Assembly: GCA_022819945.1 (NCBI GenBank)
Contig: JAJEGI010000031.1
Location: forward strand, 27,792 to 91,791
Length of the DNA stretch: 64,000 nucleotides
Source: Candidatus Poribacteria bacterium
Lineage (GTDB): Bacteria; Poribacteria; WGA-4E; WGA-3G
Direction of reading: 5' to 3'
Shown piece after piece: positions 1-8,448 of the stretch; the first letter of the stretch is position 1, and the number at the start of each line of letters is the position of its first letter. The notes beneath the pieces were generated by a model that made no database searches, was not told where the DNA came from, and saw only the letters and a program-made list of their open reading frames with translations. The position numbers and the translations under genes were made by a program.

Positions 1-246
1 GCTGAAAGAGCCGTTTTGGAAAACCTCGGTGGTGGATGTCAAGTGCCGATCGGTGCTTATGCTAAACATGTTGATGGTGAACTCTCCCTCATCGGCGTAG
101 TTTGTCACCCAGAGGGTACGCTGCGTATTGTCGAAAGGGCAAAAGGGGAACTCAGTGCTGCGCAGCATTTAGGCGAAGTTGTTGCCGAGAAACTCCGAGA
201 GAGTGGCGCAACCGGACTGTTGACGGTACAAGGTGACTTGCAATGA
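1..246 (+). CDS. hemC: Hydroxymethylbilane synthase (porphobilinogen deaminase), C-terminal part; gene starts upstream of window
   Basis: Open frame from nt 1 reads AERAVLENLGGGCQVPIGAYA, matching the conserved LEGGCQVPIG block of HemC domain 3. Its stop overlaps the next start (ATGA at 243-246). Confidence 0.85.
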   Translation, partial: AERAVLENLGGGCQVPIGAYAKHVDGELSLIGVVCHPEGTLRIVERAKGELSAAQHLGEVVAEKLRESGATGLLTVQGDLQ

Positions 247-1769
247 ATCCATCTCCGAACAAACCCGCCACTGGTATCGTTTACATCGTAGGTGCCGGCC
301 CCGGCGATAAAAAACTCATTACGCTCAAAGGGGTAGAATGCCTTCAGCACGCCGATGTCGTTATCTATGACCTTCTGCTGAACAATGTATTGCTGGAACA
401 TTGCCCGCCGCACACCGAAAAAATCCAAGCACCCGACCCAAGAATTCGAGCCACTCGACAGGATGAACTCAATCGGCTACTGGTTGAGCATGCGAAAGCC
501 GGTAAAGTGGTTGTTCGCCTTAAGGGGGGAGATCCCTATATCTTTGGACGTGGTGGCGAAGAAGCGGTCGCGCTGACCGAAGCGGATATTCCGTTTGAGA
601 TCGTTCCAGGGATTACTTCTGCGATTGCTGCGTCGGCTTATGCTGGCATCCCCGTTACACACCGAGACTACGCCTCGTCGGTCGCTTTTGTTACAGGACA
701 TTCCGCTGCGCTGCGACCCGATTCAAACATCAATTGGGCACAACTCGCCACTGCAGTAGATACACTGGTTGTCTACATGGGGGTTGCACACCTCCGCCAG
801 ATTATCGAGCGGTTGATAGCACACGGAAGGGATCCACAAACACCTGTCAGTTTAGTCCGCGTCGGTACAACCCCACAACAGCAGGTTGTCCAAGGCACGC
901 TTGACACCATTGTCCAAGAGGTGGAAGCAGTCCAACTCGAAAGTCCCGCTGTCATCGTTGTCGGGGAAGTGAATGAACTACGTCAGCAACTTCGATGGTT
1001 CGACACCAAACCGCTTTTCGGGAAACGCATCCTTGTCACACGCGCCCGTGCACAGGCGAGCGAATTCGCAGATCTCTTGGAGACAAACGGTGCCGAGGTC
1101 ATCCAATTTCCCACGATAAAGACTCAACCTATTGAGAATGTAGACATACCGCCTCTCGACAAATACGATTGGGTTATCTTTACGAGTGTCAATGCTGTTG
1201 AAATCTTCTATGAACGTTTACGAGAAAATGGGGCAGATGTCCGAGCGTTCGGTACAAACAAAGTCTGTGCAGTTGGACCAAAAACAGTTGAGGCACTCAA
1301 CCGCATCGGTATTCAGCCCGACTTTGTGCCAACGTCCTCCCGCGGCAGTGCTATTGCTGCTGATATAGAGGGCGTAAGCGGGAAGAGGATCCTGCTGCCA
1401 CGTGCAAAGATCGCCACTGCCGATCTCCCAGACGGCTTGCGAGAAAGAGGCGCGCATGTGGATGCTGTCCCCCTTTACGATACTATCAAAGTGGCAAGCG
1501 GTAGCGATAAAGGGCGAGATGAAATTGAAGCAGATCTCTTAAACGGCAGGATCAATCTCGTTACATTCACGAGTTCCTCAACGGTTACTAACTTCTTGGA
1601 GATGTTCCCCGCACATACACCTGATGTCTTGTTGGCAGATGTACAAGTCGCGGTCATCGGCCCCACAACACAGCAAACGGCGATAGAACACGGTGTCCGC
1701 GTTGATATGGTTGCAAAGAAAGCAACAATAGAGAACCTTGTAGAAGCGATTCTCGCGTTCACTTTGTAG
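243..1769 (+). CDS. cobA/hemD: Bifunctional uroporphyrinogen-III C-methyltransferase / uroporphyrinogen-III synthase
   Basis: N-terminal half has the SUMT signature VYIVGAGPGDKKLITLKG...VVIYDLL...RLKGGDPYIFGRGGEE. C-terminal half (KRILVTRARAQASEFADLLETNGAEVIQFPTI ... VTFTSSSTV) is HemD-like. Sits directly after hemC. Confidence 0.9.
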   Translation: MNPSPNKPATGIVYIVGAGPGDKKLITLKGVECLQHADVVIYDLLLNNVLLEHCPPHTEKIQAPDPRIRATRQDELNRLLVEHAKAGKVVVRLKGGDPYIFGRGGEEAVALTEADIPFEIVPGITSAIAASAYAGIPVTHRDYASSVAFVTGHSAALRPDSNINWAQLATAVDTLVVYMGVAHLRQIIERLIAHGRDPQTPVSLVRVGTTPQQQVVQGTLDTIVQEVEAVQLESPAVIVVGEVNELRQQLRWFDTKPLFGKRILVTRARAQASEFADLLETNGAEVIQFPTIKTQPIENVDIPPLDKYDWVIFTSVNAVEIFYERLRENGADVRAFGTNKVCAVGPKTVEALNRIGIQPDFVPTSSRGSAIAADIEGVSGKRILLPRAKIATADLPDGLRERGAHVDAVPLYDTIKVASGSDKGRDEIEADLLNGRINLVTFTSSSTVTNFLEMFPAHTPDVLLADVQVAVIGPTTQQTAIEHGVRVDMVAKKATIENLVEAILAFTL

Positions 1770-1788
1770 GAGGGGTTTGGAACCCCGA
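1764..1788. repeat. 25-nt hairpin repeat TTGTAGGAGGGGTTTGGAACCCCGA (copy 1), at a convergent gene junction
   Basis: 24/25 identical to the reverse complement of 8344..8368. Contains a GGGGTT/AACCCC stem. Confidence 0.7.
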
Positions 1789-1796
1789 AACCTTAT

Positions 1797-3317
1797 CTAT
1801 CCGAAAATTCGGAAAACATAAGGCACAAGCACTTTTTGCCAGACAGTAACCGTCCCGAAGACCGAGTAGAACCCCGCACACAACACCAACCCAATCTGCT
1901 TCCACATAGGGGGCTGTATCTCCGGTGGTAAGAATTTCCGGTTGACATAAAGCGTATGCAACGCCGTAATCACTAACAGATAGCCACCGATCGTTGCGGA
2001 TACGAGGATCATAAAGAACGGTTTGGCGAAATACATTGCGATAACACCCCACAGGATATAGATACCGAGAATCGGATAATAGATCCATTTCGCGTTGTGT
2101 TCTCCCAAGTTTCGCGCACGCTTCAAGCCCGTCCATATAATATCCGTATAGGTGCGAGGCACACCATCCACACCGCCGAGTTGGGTCGAGAACAGCACCC
2201 AGAAACCGCACAGTAGTGTGAGATACCACATCACTCTACCACCTTTTGCCGCGAGTCCATCGGCTTGGAACCCTGCTGCCGACCACTGGTCCATCTCCTG
2301 CCCAGCAGGCACAAATGCTATCGTGAGCATCGCAGGCAACGCGATACCGATGAAGCATCCGAGCATCCAGATACCGTACTGCTCGAAACGGACGTATTTC
2401 CACCACTCCTTGAACCGTTTGAGGTTTTCTGGTGAAATGCGAAATACTTTGCCCCAATGTGAGAGGGTTACATTTTGTCCACCGATCATTGATGGAATCG
2501 CGCCAACGAGACTGCTCATGCCCCACCCTTTGTCGCGCACATAATTAGTGATCGTGACATTACCTAAGCCACCACTTCCTGCGTAAGCCGCGAAAGCCCC
2601 AAGCAATACCCAATCGACCTGTTGTCCACTCTGTCCTTGAGACTGAAGGGCTTCAACACCGAGAAACCCTTTGATGGTCGTCCACCACACACTCGCTGGC
2701 ACCATAAACAGATCAATGACGACAAGGTAACTGATAATCCAGATGACCATGAAGAGTTGCACTTTCTCAAGGGCGTTATAAATCTTTCCACCGAACAGCA
2801 CAATCCCTAAACAGAGGAAGAAGATAATGTATGCAAACACACGCACCGTTCCCTCATCTCCTTTCACCAACTCAGTTGATTCTTGCGGCATATAGCCAAG
2901 CCATATCGCAGCGAGCGCTGTTGCAGCAGTCATCGCCCAACCGGGCCAAATCCCGAAAAAGTTAATGCCCGAATAGAAAGATGCCCAAAAAGGTGCACCG
3001 GGCTTACAGCGCATGTAGCCACTCAACATCGGTTCACCGGTATAAAGCGTATAGCGGATCGCCTCTGTATTGAGAATTACCTGAAGCAGGATAGCGATCG
3101 TTGCTACCCAGAGCAACGTCCCCCCGTATTGTGCAGTGATTGCGGGACCCAGGAGCCATTCTCCACTGCCGATTGAGCCACCTAACGCGATAATACCTGG
3201 ACCTAAGATGCTTCGGAACGCTTTGCTAAATTGATATTTCGGCGGTTCGGGAAGGTCGGTTACCTCCCAATCTGGTAGTGCACCACCTGCTACACGTTCA
3301 TCATTAGTATCTGCCAT
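1797..3317 (-). CDS. Nramp-family-like polytopic membrane transporter
   Basis: 506 aa and highly hydrophobic. N-terminal GPGIIALGGSIGSGEWLLGPAITAQYGG resembles the Nramp/MntH GPG...G motif region. RBS GAGGAAG lies upstream of the ATG. Confidence 0.55.
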   Translation of the reverse strand: MADTNDERVAGGALPDWEVTDLPEPPKYQFSKAFRSILGPGIIALGGSIGSGEWLLGPAITAQYGGTLLWVATIAILLQVILNTEAIRYTLYTGEPMLSGYMRCKPGAPFWASFYSGINFFGIWPGWAMTAATALAAIWLGYMPQESTELVKGDEGTVRVFAYIIFFLCLGIVLFGGKIYNALEKVQLFMVIWIISYLVVIDLFMVPASVWWTTIKGFLGVEALQSQGQSGQQVDWVLLGAFAAYAGSGGLGNVTITNYVRDKGWGMSSLVGAIPSMIGGQNVTLSHWGKVFRISPENLKRFKEWWKYVRFEQYGIWMLGCFIGIALPAMLTIAFVPAGQEMDQWSAAGFQADGLAAKGGRVMWYLTLLCGFWVLFSTQLGGVDGVPRTYTDIIWTGLKRARNLGEHNAKWIYYPILGIYILWGVIAMYFAKPFFMILVSATIGGYLLVITALHTLYVNRKFLPPEIQPPMWKQIGLVLCAGFYSVFGTVTVWQKVLVPYVFRIFG

Positions 3318-3343
3318 ATCTTCCTCTTATTTTTTTATGTTTC

Positions 3344-4372
3344 CTACCATTCCCAACAGATCGGGACACCTAATTTCTCGGCAATGCCAGCAAGTCCTCG
3401 TAAATGATCCACATGGATCGGAATACCGTTTTCAAGGTAATTGTCGTAGTTGTTCCATTCGATTTCGCCGGGGAGATAGGCTTGTTCCACGCCTTCTGCT
3501 GTTTTTGAGGCGTGAATTTTGCTGATACCTTGCTGAATCTCTTCAACGTAGCCATCATAATCGGTGAAACTTGCAATGTTCAGTGCGAAAAAGAAATGTT
3601 CAGAAGGATCATCGGATTTGTTACACGCCATCAAACCACCGCTCAGCGGACCCGCAAGAATACCCATGATGAGTGCTAAGCCGTAACCACGGGGGCCCGC
3701 TGCGGGTGCTAAGAACCGCCCTTTATCCGGATCGCTGGTCGGTTGTCCGGTATCGTCTATGAGCCATCCTTCTGGAATCGGTTTGCCGTACATCCGTAGC
3801 GTGCCGATCTTCCCCCATGCGGAAACACCACACGCCATATCCAGAACAATCGGATGTCCATCGCCAGTGGGCAAGGCATAACTCATGGCATTGTTGGCAA
3901 CTACAGCCGCTGCACCACCGGGTGCTACAATAGAGGCACCGCCTGTGTTCGTCGTCGAAAACCCGACCATCTGGTTTGATGCCGCCATGATCGAGTAACA
4001 TGCAGCCGCACCGAAATGTCCCGCATTGCATACCCCCGCCGCCGCTATACCCGTCGCCTTCGCTTTCGCTATTGCTGTCTCCATTGCGAGTGTACTTGCG
4101 AGATGTCCCATGCCGTTGTCACCGTCAACGACAACGAAACTCGGTCCCTCTGTCCCGATGCGGAGTTCAGGTTTCGGGTTCATCTTGCCATCAAGGATAA
4201 GGTTGAGGTAACCCGGTAAGGCGCGCGTGCCGTGTGAATGCACACCCCGCAAATCCGTCTGCACCTGAAGGGTCGCCATCTGTTCAGCATCTTTCGAGCG
4301 CAGTCCTGCTTTTTCGCAAAGCGTCCGAACGAAATCGTGTAACCGCGCTGAATCTACCACAATTTCCTGCAT
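3344..4372 (-). CDS. Ldh_2 family (malate/L-lactate/sulfolactate dehydrogenase-like) oxidoreductase
   Basis: LRGVHSHGTRALPGYLNLILDG and NAGHFGAAACY blocks are typical of the Ldh_2 family. Start moved to the internal ATG at 4372, which has GGAGAG 7 nt upstream; the ORF extends to 4399. Confidence 0.8.
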   Translation of the reverse strand: MQEIVVDSARLHDFVRTLCEKAGLRSKDAEQMATLQVQTDLRGVHSHGTRALPGYLNLILDGKMNPKPELRIGTEGPSFVVVDGDNGMGHLASTLAMETAIAKAKATGIAAAGVCNAGHFGAAACYSIMAASNQMVGFSTTNTGGASIVAPGGAAAVVANNAMSYALPTGDGHPIVLDMACGVSAWGKIGTLRMYGKPIPEGWLIDDTGQPTSDPDKGRFLAPAAGPRGYGLALIMGILAGPLSGGLMACNKSDDPSEHFFFALNIASFTDYDGYVEEIQQGISKIHASKTAEGVEQAYLPGEIEWNNYDNYLENGIPIHVDHLRGLAGIAEKLGVPICWEW

Positions 4373-4503
4373 ACCATTTCTCTCCAAACATGAATTCACT
4401 GCGTATTTTAGCAGAGGCGGGTTTCCATATCAAGTACAATCCAGATTTTTCAATTGATCTCAACGTTTCTTTGGACAAACCTATTCGATTAACGTTAAAA
4501 TTT

Positions 4504-5076
4504 ATGGAAAAAAAGAAGATGGAAGGAATACACATGCGTCAACATAACACCTTTCAAACCGACACAAAAACGCGCTGCTTGTCTTTTATGCTGATGTTCA
4601 CCTGTCTGGTGCTTTCTTCGTGCGCGGGCAATCCATTGCTACCCGTCAGTAGCGAGGAAGAACAACGGATAAAAGCGGAACTGAATGATCGCTCATTCCG
4701 CCAATTTGACCCCTCCAAAGATGCTGACAAGAGAAAAGGTGTTATCATCGACTTCTTTAACGGTGTCAGTCTCTGGGCGCAGTATGCTGAAGGTATGTAT
4801 GCCCTTAACGAGTGGGAGATTTTAGCCGACGATTATCGGATTGAAAAAGCCGGTTCGGAATACAGGGTTTATTTTGAGGCACCACGTTCCCGACAAATAC
4901 TTCCCACACCGTGCGACAATTGCATTGAAACTTCGGGCATCTCAATCTCAATCCAGAACCTTTTCGATAGCGAGAAGATTAGATTCAAATTAAATATCAG
5001 CAATGACAATTTTCCGAGACCCTTCCCTATCTTTGAATCGTGGACAAAGTTTAATGAAGATGAATATTTTGATTGA
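4504..5076 (+). CDS. Hypothetical lipoprotein
   Basis: ORF 4234..5076 overlaps the divergent gene upstream, so an internal Met at 4504 or 4534 is more plausible. Signal peptide ends in the lipobox LSSC. No recognised domain. Confidence 0.5.
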   Translation: MEKKKMEGIHMRQHNTFQTDTKTRCLSFMLMFTCLVLSSCAGNPLLPVSSEEEQRIKAELNDRSFRQFDPSKDADKRKGVIIDFFNGVSLWAQYAEGMYALNEWEILADDYRIEKAGSEYRVYFEAPRSRQILPTPCDNCIETSGISISIQNLFDSEKIRFKLNISNDNFPRPFPIFESWTKFNEDEYFD

Positions 5077-5229
5077 GTTGTTGAATTGTCGTACTCCGTC
5101 TTAAGCAAGGTTAGGTCCGATTTTCAACTGCACTTTTCAGTCTCATAGGGGGGCATGTGTATAAGCCAAAAGTAAACCAAAGGTTCGGCCTATGCATTGC
5201 AAAAGATGTGACAGACATTATAAAAAATA

Positions 5230-5238
5230 TGGTATAAT
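5230..5238 (+). promoter_or_regulatory. Extended -10 promoter element TGGTATAAT upstream of the Phd-like/HNH bicistron
   Basis: TGnTATAAT lies 38 nt upstream of ATG 5276. AGGAG RBS at 5263-5267. Confidence 0.4.
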
Positions 5239-5275
5239 AGTAATTGAAAGTGCTACTTAAAAAGGAGATTGACCT

Positions 5276-5695
5276 ATGAGTAAAACGATCTCATTGGACC
5301 AGCTTCCACGTCAAATTGAAAACTTACTGCGGGCGAGTTGGGAAGGCCATGAGAGTCTGGTCCTTGAACACAATGGAAAGCCCGTAGCAGCGATTGTCCC
5401 GATGGATGAGTATCGCAGATGGCATCCAGATGAAAGTGAAAACGCTTTCGACTACGAACTTCCTATGGATCTGCTTGAGGTATATCATAAATTGTTAGAT
5501 AAGAAGTTCTCTACTGGCTTAACGCCTCAAGAGGAAGTTGAGTTGACTCAGTTGGATCAGCAGCTTAACGATGCAGAAGCAGCACAACCGCTCATACAAT
5601 CGATGCAGAAGCGAGAGGCTTTGCAAGATGAAAATTGGAAACAGAAATTTGAGGAAGTTGTTACCAAACTGCGTGAATTAAAGGAATTGATGTGA
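5276..5695 (+). CDS. Phd/YefM-like antitoxin-fold protein with helical C-terminal extension
   Basis: N-terminus LVLEHNGKPVAAIVPMDEYRRW matches the Phd/YefM core (..G.PVAVL.S..EYE.L). Acidic coiled-coil-like tail. Stop overlaps the downstream start (ATGA). Confidence 0.6.
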   Translation: MSKTISLDQLPRQIENLLRASWEGHESLVLEHNGKPVAAIVPMDEYRRWHPDESENAFDYELPMDLLEVYHKLLDKKFSTGLTPQEEVELTQLDQQLNDAEAAQPLIQSMQKREALQDENWKQKFEEVVTKLRELKELM

Positions 5696-6339
5696 ACCAA
5701 AGAACATCACCTCGTATCCGGCGACAAGCATCACCGCCTGTGATGCAAGGCAGAATGGGATATCGGAACGCTGAGCCTTATCTCCGCAGGGACTTTGGTT
5801 TCCGTTGTGCTTATTGTGGTGTTCACGAACAAATAAAGGGCGGTCCCCAAGCCTTTTGCATTGACCATTTCAAACCACGAAGTAAAGGCGGCCCTGTCAA
5901 CGACTATACCAACCTATATTGGGTCTGTATCCCGTGCAATATGATAAAACATAACAAATGGCTGACAAGCGAGCAACTTCGCCGTGGGTATCGCTTTGCA
6001 GATCCGTGTCGTGAACAAGATGCCGGTATTCATTTCATTGAATCCGACGACGGTTTACTTCAACCGCTTACACCCTGCGGTGAATACCATATTTCGACAC
6101 TCCGCCTCAATCGCGCATGGCTGCAGCAACACCGTCGCGACCGGACTCAGAAGTGGATACGTTTCAATGAAGCTTATCAATTGCAGATAGAACTTGAACG
6201 CGCCATTGAGGCGCGACCGGTAGACGATGTTACTCGGATGATGCAACGCTTGCTCTCTTTTCTTTCTCAAGAGATTGGAGCCTTGCGAAGCGAGTTAGCC
6301 GTAACTATCCCGATATGGCAATCTGAAGAAAACGTATAA
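5692..6339 (+). CDS. HNH endonuclease domain protein
   Basis: CAYCG...IDHFKPRSKGG...NLYWVCIPCNMIKHNKW gives the CxxC ... DH ... N ... CxxC ... H layout of the HNH beta-beta-alpha-metal finger. Confidence 0.8.
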   Translation: MNQRTSPRIRRQASPPVMQGRMGYRNAEPYLRRDFGFRCAYCGVHEQIKGGPQAFCIDHFKPRSKGGPVNDYTNLYWVCIPCNMIKHNKWLTSEQLRRGYRFADPCREQDAGIHFIESDDGLLQPLTPCGEYHISTLRLNRAWLQQHRRDRTQKWIRFNEAYQLQIELERAIEARPVDDVTRMMQRLLSFLSQEIGALRSELAVTIPIWQSEENV

Positions 6340-6626
6340 TAGCATTTGAAAATAGCAATTGAGATGTTAAGAAATTGATAGACGGTTATAGTTTTCACAG
6401 ACATCCAACTACACACTATACTGCTAAAACATAAAGAAACGCTTGATTTCAAGTGCCATTTCAGGCTAAAATGAGCGGTGGAGGATAAATAACTATGTTC
6501 CGAGAGGGATTATCGTTCACCGTTTTTTTATCGTTTTGGTTAGCGTGGCATCAGCTGCTGTCGCACAAACACCCAGAGATTTCTGTACCCGCGGTATGAA
6601 AACTGTACATCAAGAGGCAGATAGAG

Positions 6627-7025
6627 ATGAACAACGTAGAAAACGCAGTTGAACGCCACTATTGGAGAGCCGTCACTTTTCTTGTGATCCTAATTTTAGC
6701 GGGGGCAGGCTTTTGGGGCGTGCGGCGGTTCGCACCCGCGGTATTTCTCGGCAAACCCGATCTGATCGCTGTACCGATGGATGAACAGCCGCAAAATCGA
6801 ACGACAAAGCAGGCAGTCGCAAATAAACCAGCACTTCTTAACATCAATACTGCTTCTGTTGAGGAACTCCAAACGCTCCCGAACATCGGTGAAGCGACGG
6901 CACAACGGATTATCGACTACCGGACACAACACGGGGACTTTGCCAGTGTAGATGCCCTCCAGAACGTCAGAGGTATCGGTCCAAAGACGCTCGAAAAACT
7001 AAGACCCTTCATTGATACCAAGTAA
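6627..7025 (+). CDS. comEA: ComEA-family helix-hairpin-helix DNA-binding protein
   Basis: N-terminal TM helix, then [55 protein letters not shown], the canonical ComEA HhH pair. Confidence 0.85.
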   Translation: MNNVENAVERHYWRAVTFLVILILAGAGFWGVRRFAPAVFLGKPDLIAVPMDEQPQNRTTKQAVANKPALLNINTASVEELQTLPNIGEATAQRIIDYRTQHGDFASVDALQNVRGIGPKTLEKLRPFIDTK

Positions 7026-7592
7026 CTAAATATCTATCCTATCGGTCTCGGTAAAAATGTGTTGAACAGGTACATCCCACGCTTGGGGGAATGTGTTTTC
7101 CACAACCTGTATCCGATACGCCAGTCCGATGCCGATAGCGTGTGGACACTCTGTAAGGAATCTGTCGTAGAAACCTTTACCGTATCCGAGGCGATACCCT
7201 TTGCAATCGAAGGCGATGCCGGGAACAATGATGAGTTGAAGTTGGGCAAGGGGAAAGATGGGGCATGTATGCTTAGGTTCCAACATACCGTAACGGTGAC
7301 GGACTAACTCGGTTTTTGATCCCTGAATTCGCCGTGGTGTCAGTCGGTTCTGATCTGTATCCACGACAGGCGCGCAGATCTGTTTGCCTGTCTGGAGCAA
7401 TCCTTCAAGAAGACCGTCGGTTTCAACCTCGCTCCGCATACTCAGGTAGAGCATCACGGCATCGAAACCCTCACTTTGTACCCAACGCACGACGGAATCG
7501 GCAATCTGTTGGCTGAATGTAACACGAACTTCCGGTGCGAGTTCATCGCGCTGGCGAAGCACTTCAACACGGAGCCGTTCCCGTTCCATCAT
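7026..7592 (-). CDS. 5-formyltetrahydrofolate cyclo-ligase
   Basis: C-terminal hallmark GYRLGYGKGFYDRFL and typical size of 188 aa. Confidence 0.85.
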   Translation of the reverse strand: MMERERLRVEVLRQRDELAPEVRVTFSQQIADSVVRWVQSEGFDAVMLYLSMRSEVETDGLLEGLLQTGKQICAPVVDTDQNRLTPRRIQGSKTELVRHRYGMLEPKHTCPIFPLAQLQLIIVPGIAFDCKGYRLGYGKGFYDRFLTECPHAIGIGLAYRIQVVENTFPQAWDVPVQHIFTETDRIDI

Positions 7593-7623
7593 TTTGTTCC
7601 TTTGTAGGCGCGTCGGACTGTTC

Positions 7624-7911
7624 CTATTTTTGATACCGAACTTTTCCAGCGACCTCTACAGTATCAACAATCGCCATGATGACAGCATCGACCGGTTTGT
7701 TCCCTGTAACATGCGTCTGCCGGGCAGAACTCCCCGTTGCGACGAGAACAATCTCGCCAATACCTGCACCAACTGCATCCACAGCAACTGTATATTTTCG
7801 GTCGACTTCTCCATTTAGATCCACATCTTGGACAACCATCAACTTACTTCCGATGAGCTTTTCATCTTTCTGTGTCGCGACGACTGTCCCTGTGACTTTT
7901 CCAAGGATCAT
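7624..7911 (-). CDS. EutN/CcmL-family bacterial microcompartment vertex (BMC-P) protein
   Basis: MILGKVTGTVVATQKDEKLIGSKLMVVQ...VAVDAVGAGIGEIVLVATGSSAR at 95 aa is a typical EutN/CcmL sequence. Confidence 0.85.
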   Translation of the reverse strand: MILGKVTGTVVATQKDEKLIGSKLMVVQDVDLNGEVDRKYTVAVDAVGAGIGEIVLVATGSSARQTHVTGNKPVDAVIMAIVDTVEVAGKVRYQK

Positions 7912-8145
7912 TTAATTAAAACCTTTCTTATGGGGTGAGGCCTCTGTTCCGCGCTACTTTTCCGCCACCGCCGAGTTTGAAACGATTCACTTTACCCCGT
8001 TTGTATATGTAAAATTATACACGAAACTTGTTGAAATTTCAAGCGACAATCTACAAAGTGCATCCAAAAATGTGTATAAACAGCGTTGCTACACAATACC
8101 GAAAACTAATCCGTGCGATCCGTAATTCAGACAACGGACGACTGA

Positions 8146-8272
8146 CATTTATAGTAAAGCCCGAAGATATGTGAACACTCTCGGAAACACAGAACCCTTG
8201 TTTCTTGCAGGCGGGGTTTTTAACCCCGCCATTCTTTCGGTGTTCAAGTAATTAGGGGCTTTACTATAAATG
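8146..8272. mobile_element. MITE-like element A (127 bp) with perfect 17-bp terminal inverted repeats CATTTATAGTAAAGCCC
   Basis: 8146..8162 is the exact reverse complement of 8256..8272. The interior carries the hairpin GGCGGGG-TTTTTAA-CCCCGCC followed by ATTCTTT. Related copies at 29303..29454 and 61183..61198. Confidence 0.65.
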
Positions 8273-8343
8273 CCTCAGAGCCATTCAGTTTCGGTTTTCT
8301 GAGTGCATTATCGGGTATAGATATGCGTAGCTATCCGCAGGAA

Positions 8344-8368
8344 TCGGGGTTACAAACCCCTCCTACAA
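8344..8368. repeat. 25-nt hairpin repeat (copy 2, inverted orientation)
   Basis: Reverse complement TTGTAGGAGGGGTTTGTAACCCCGA is 24/25 identical to 1764..1788. Confidence 0.7.
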
Positions 8369-8403
8369 GAATGATGCGTGACAATTGAACGCCTTAAGCC
8401 AGA

Positions 8404-8433
8404 TTGACAAACGACCAACTAATGTGCTAAACT
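8404..8433 (+). promoter_or_regulatory. Candidate sigma-70 promoter (TTGACA, 18-nt spacer, TAAACT) for the thiO-like gene
   Basis: TTGACA at 8404-8409 and TAAACT at 8428-8433, about 15-45 nt upstream of the candidate start codons. Confidence 0.45.
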
Positions 8434-8448
8434 ATCTGTAACTTGTAG

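Noticed and set aside
7624-7911. Considered calling a bacterial microcompartment locus around the EutN/CcmL gene.
   Set aside because: No BMC-H/T shell proteins or signature enzymes are present in the window. Only the orphan vertex gene can be supported.
7964-7977. CCACCGCCG..AGTTT similarity to the interior of MITE copy B (29360..29380).
   Set aside because: Only a 9-mer plus a 5-mer match, which is expected by chance in 64 kb on two strands.
7912-8448. Looked for a TPP (THI-box) riboswitch in the 540-nt spacer upstream of the ThiO-like gene.
   Set aside because: I found no CTGAGA ... ACCTGATCTGGATAATGCCAGCG-like core. The spacer is instead occupied by the MITE-like element and the 25-nt hairpin repeat. 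An Infernal scan would be the definitive test.
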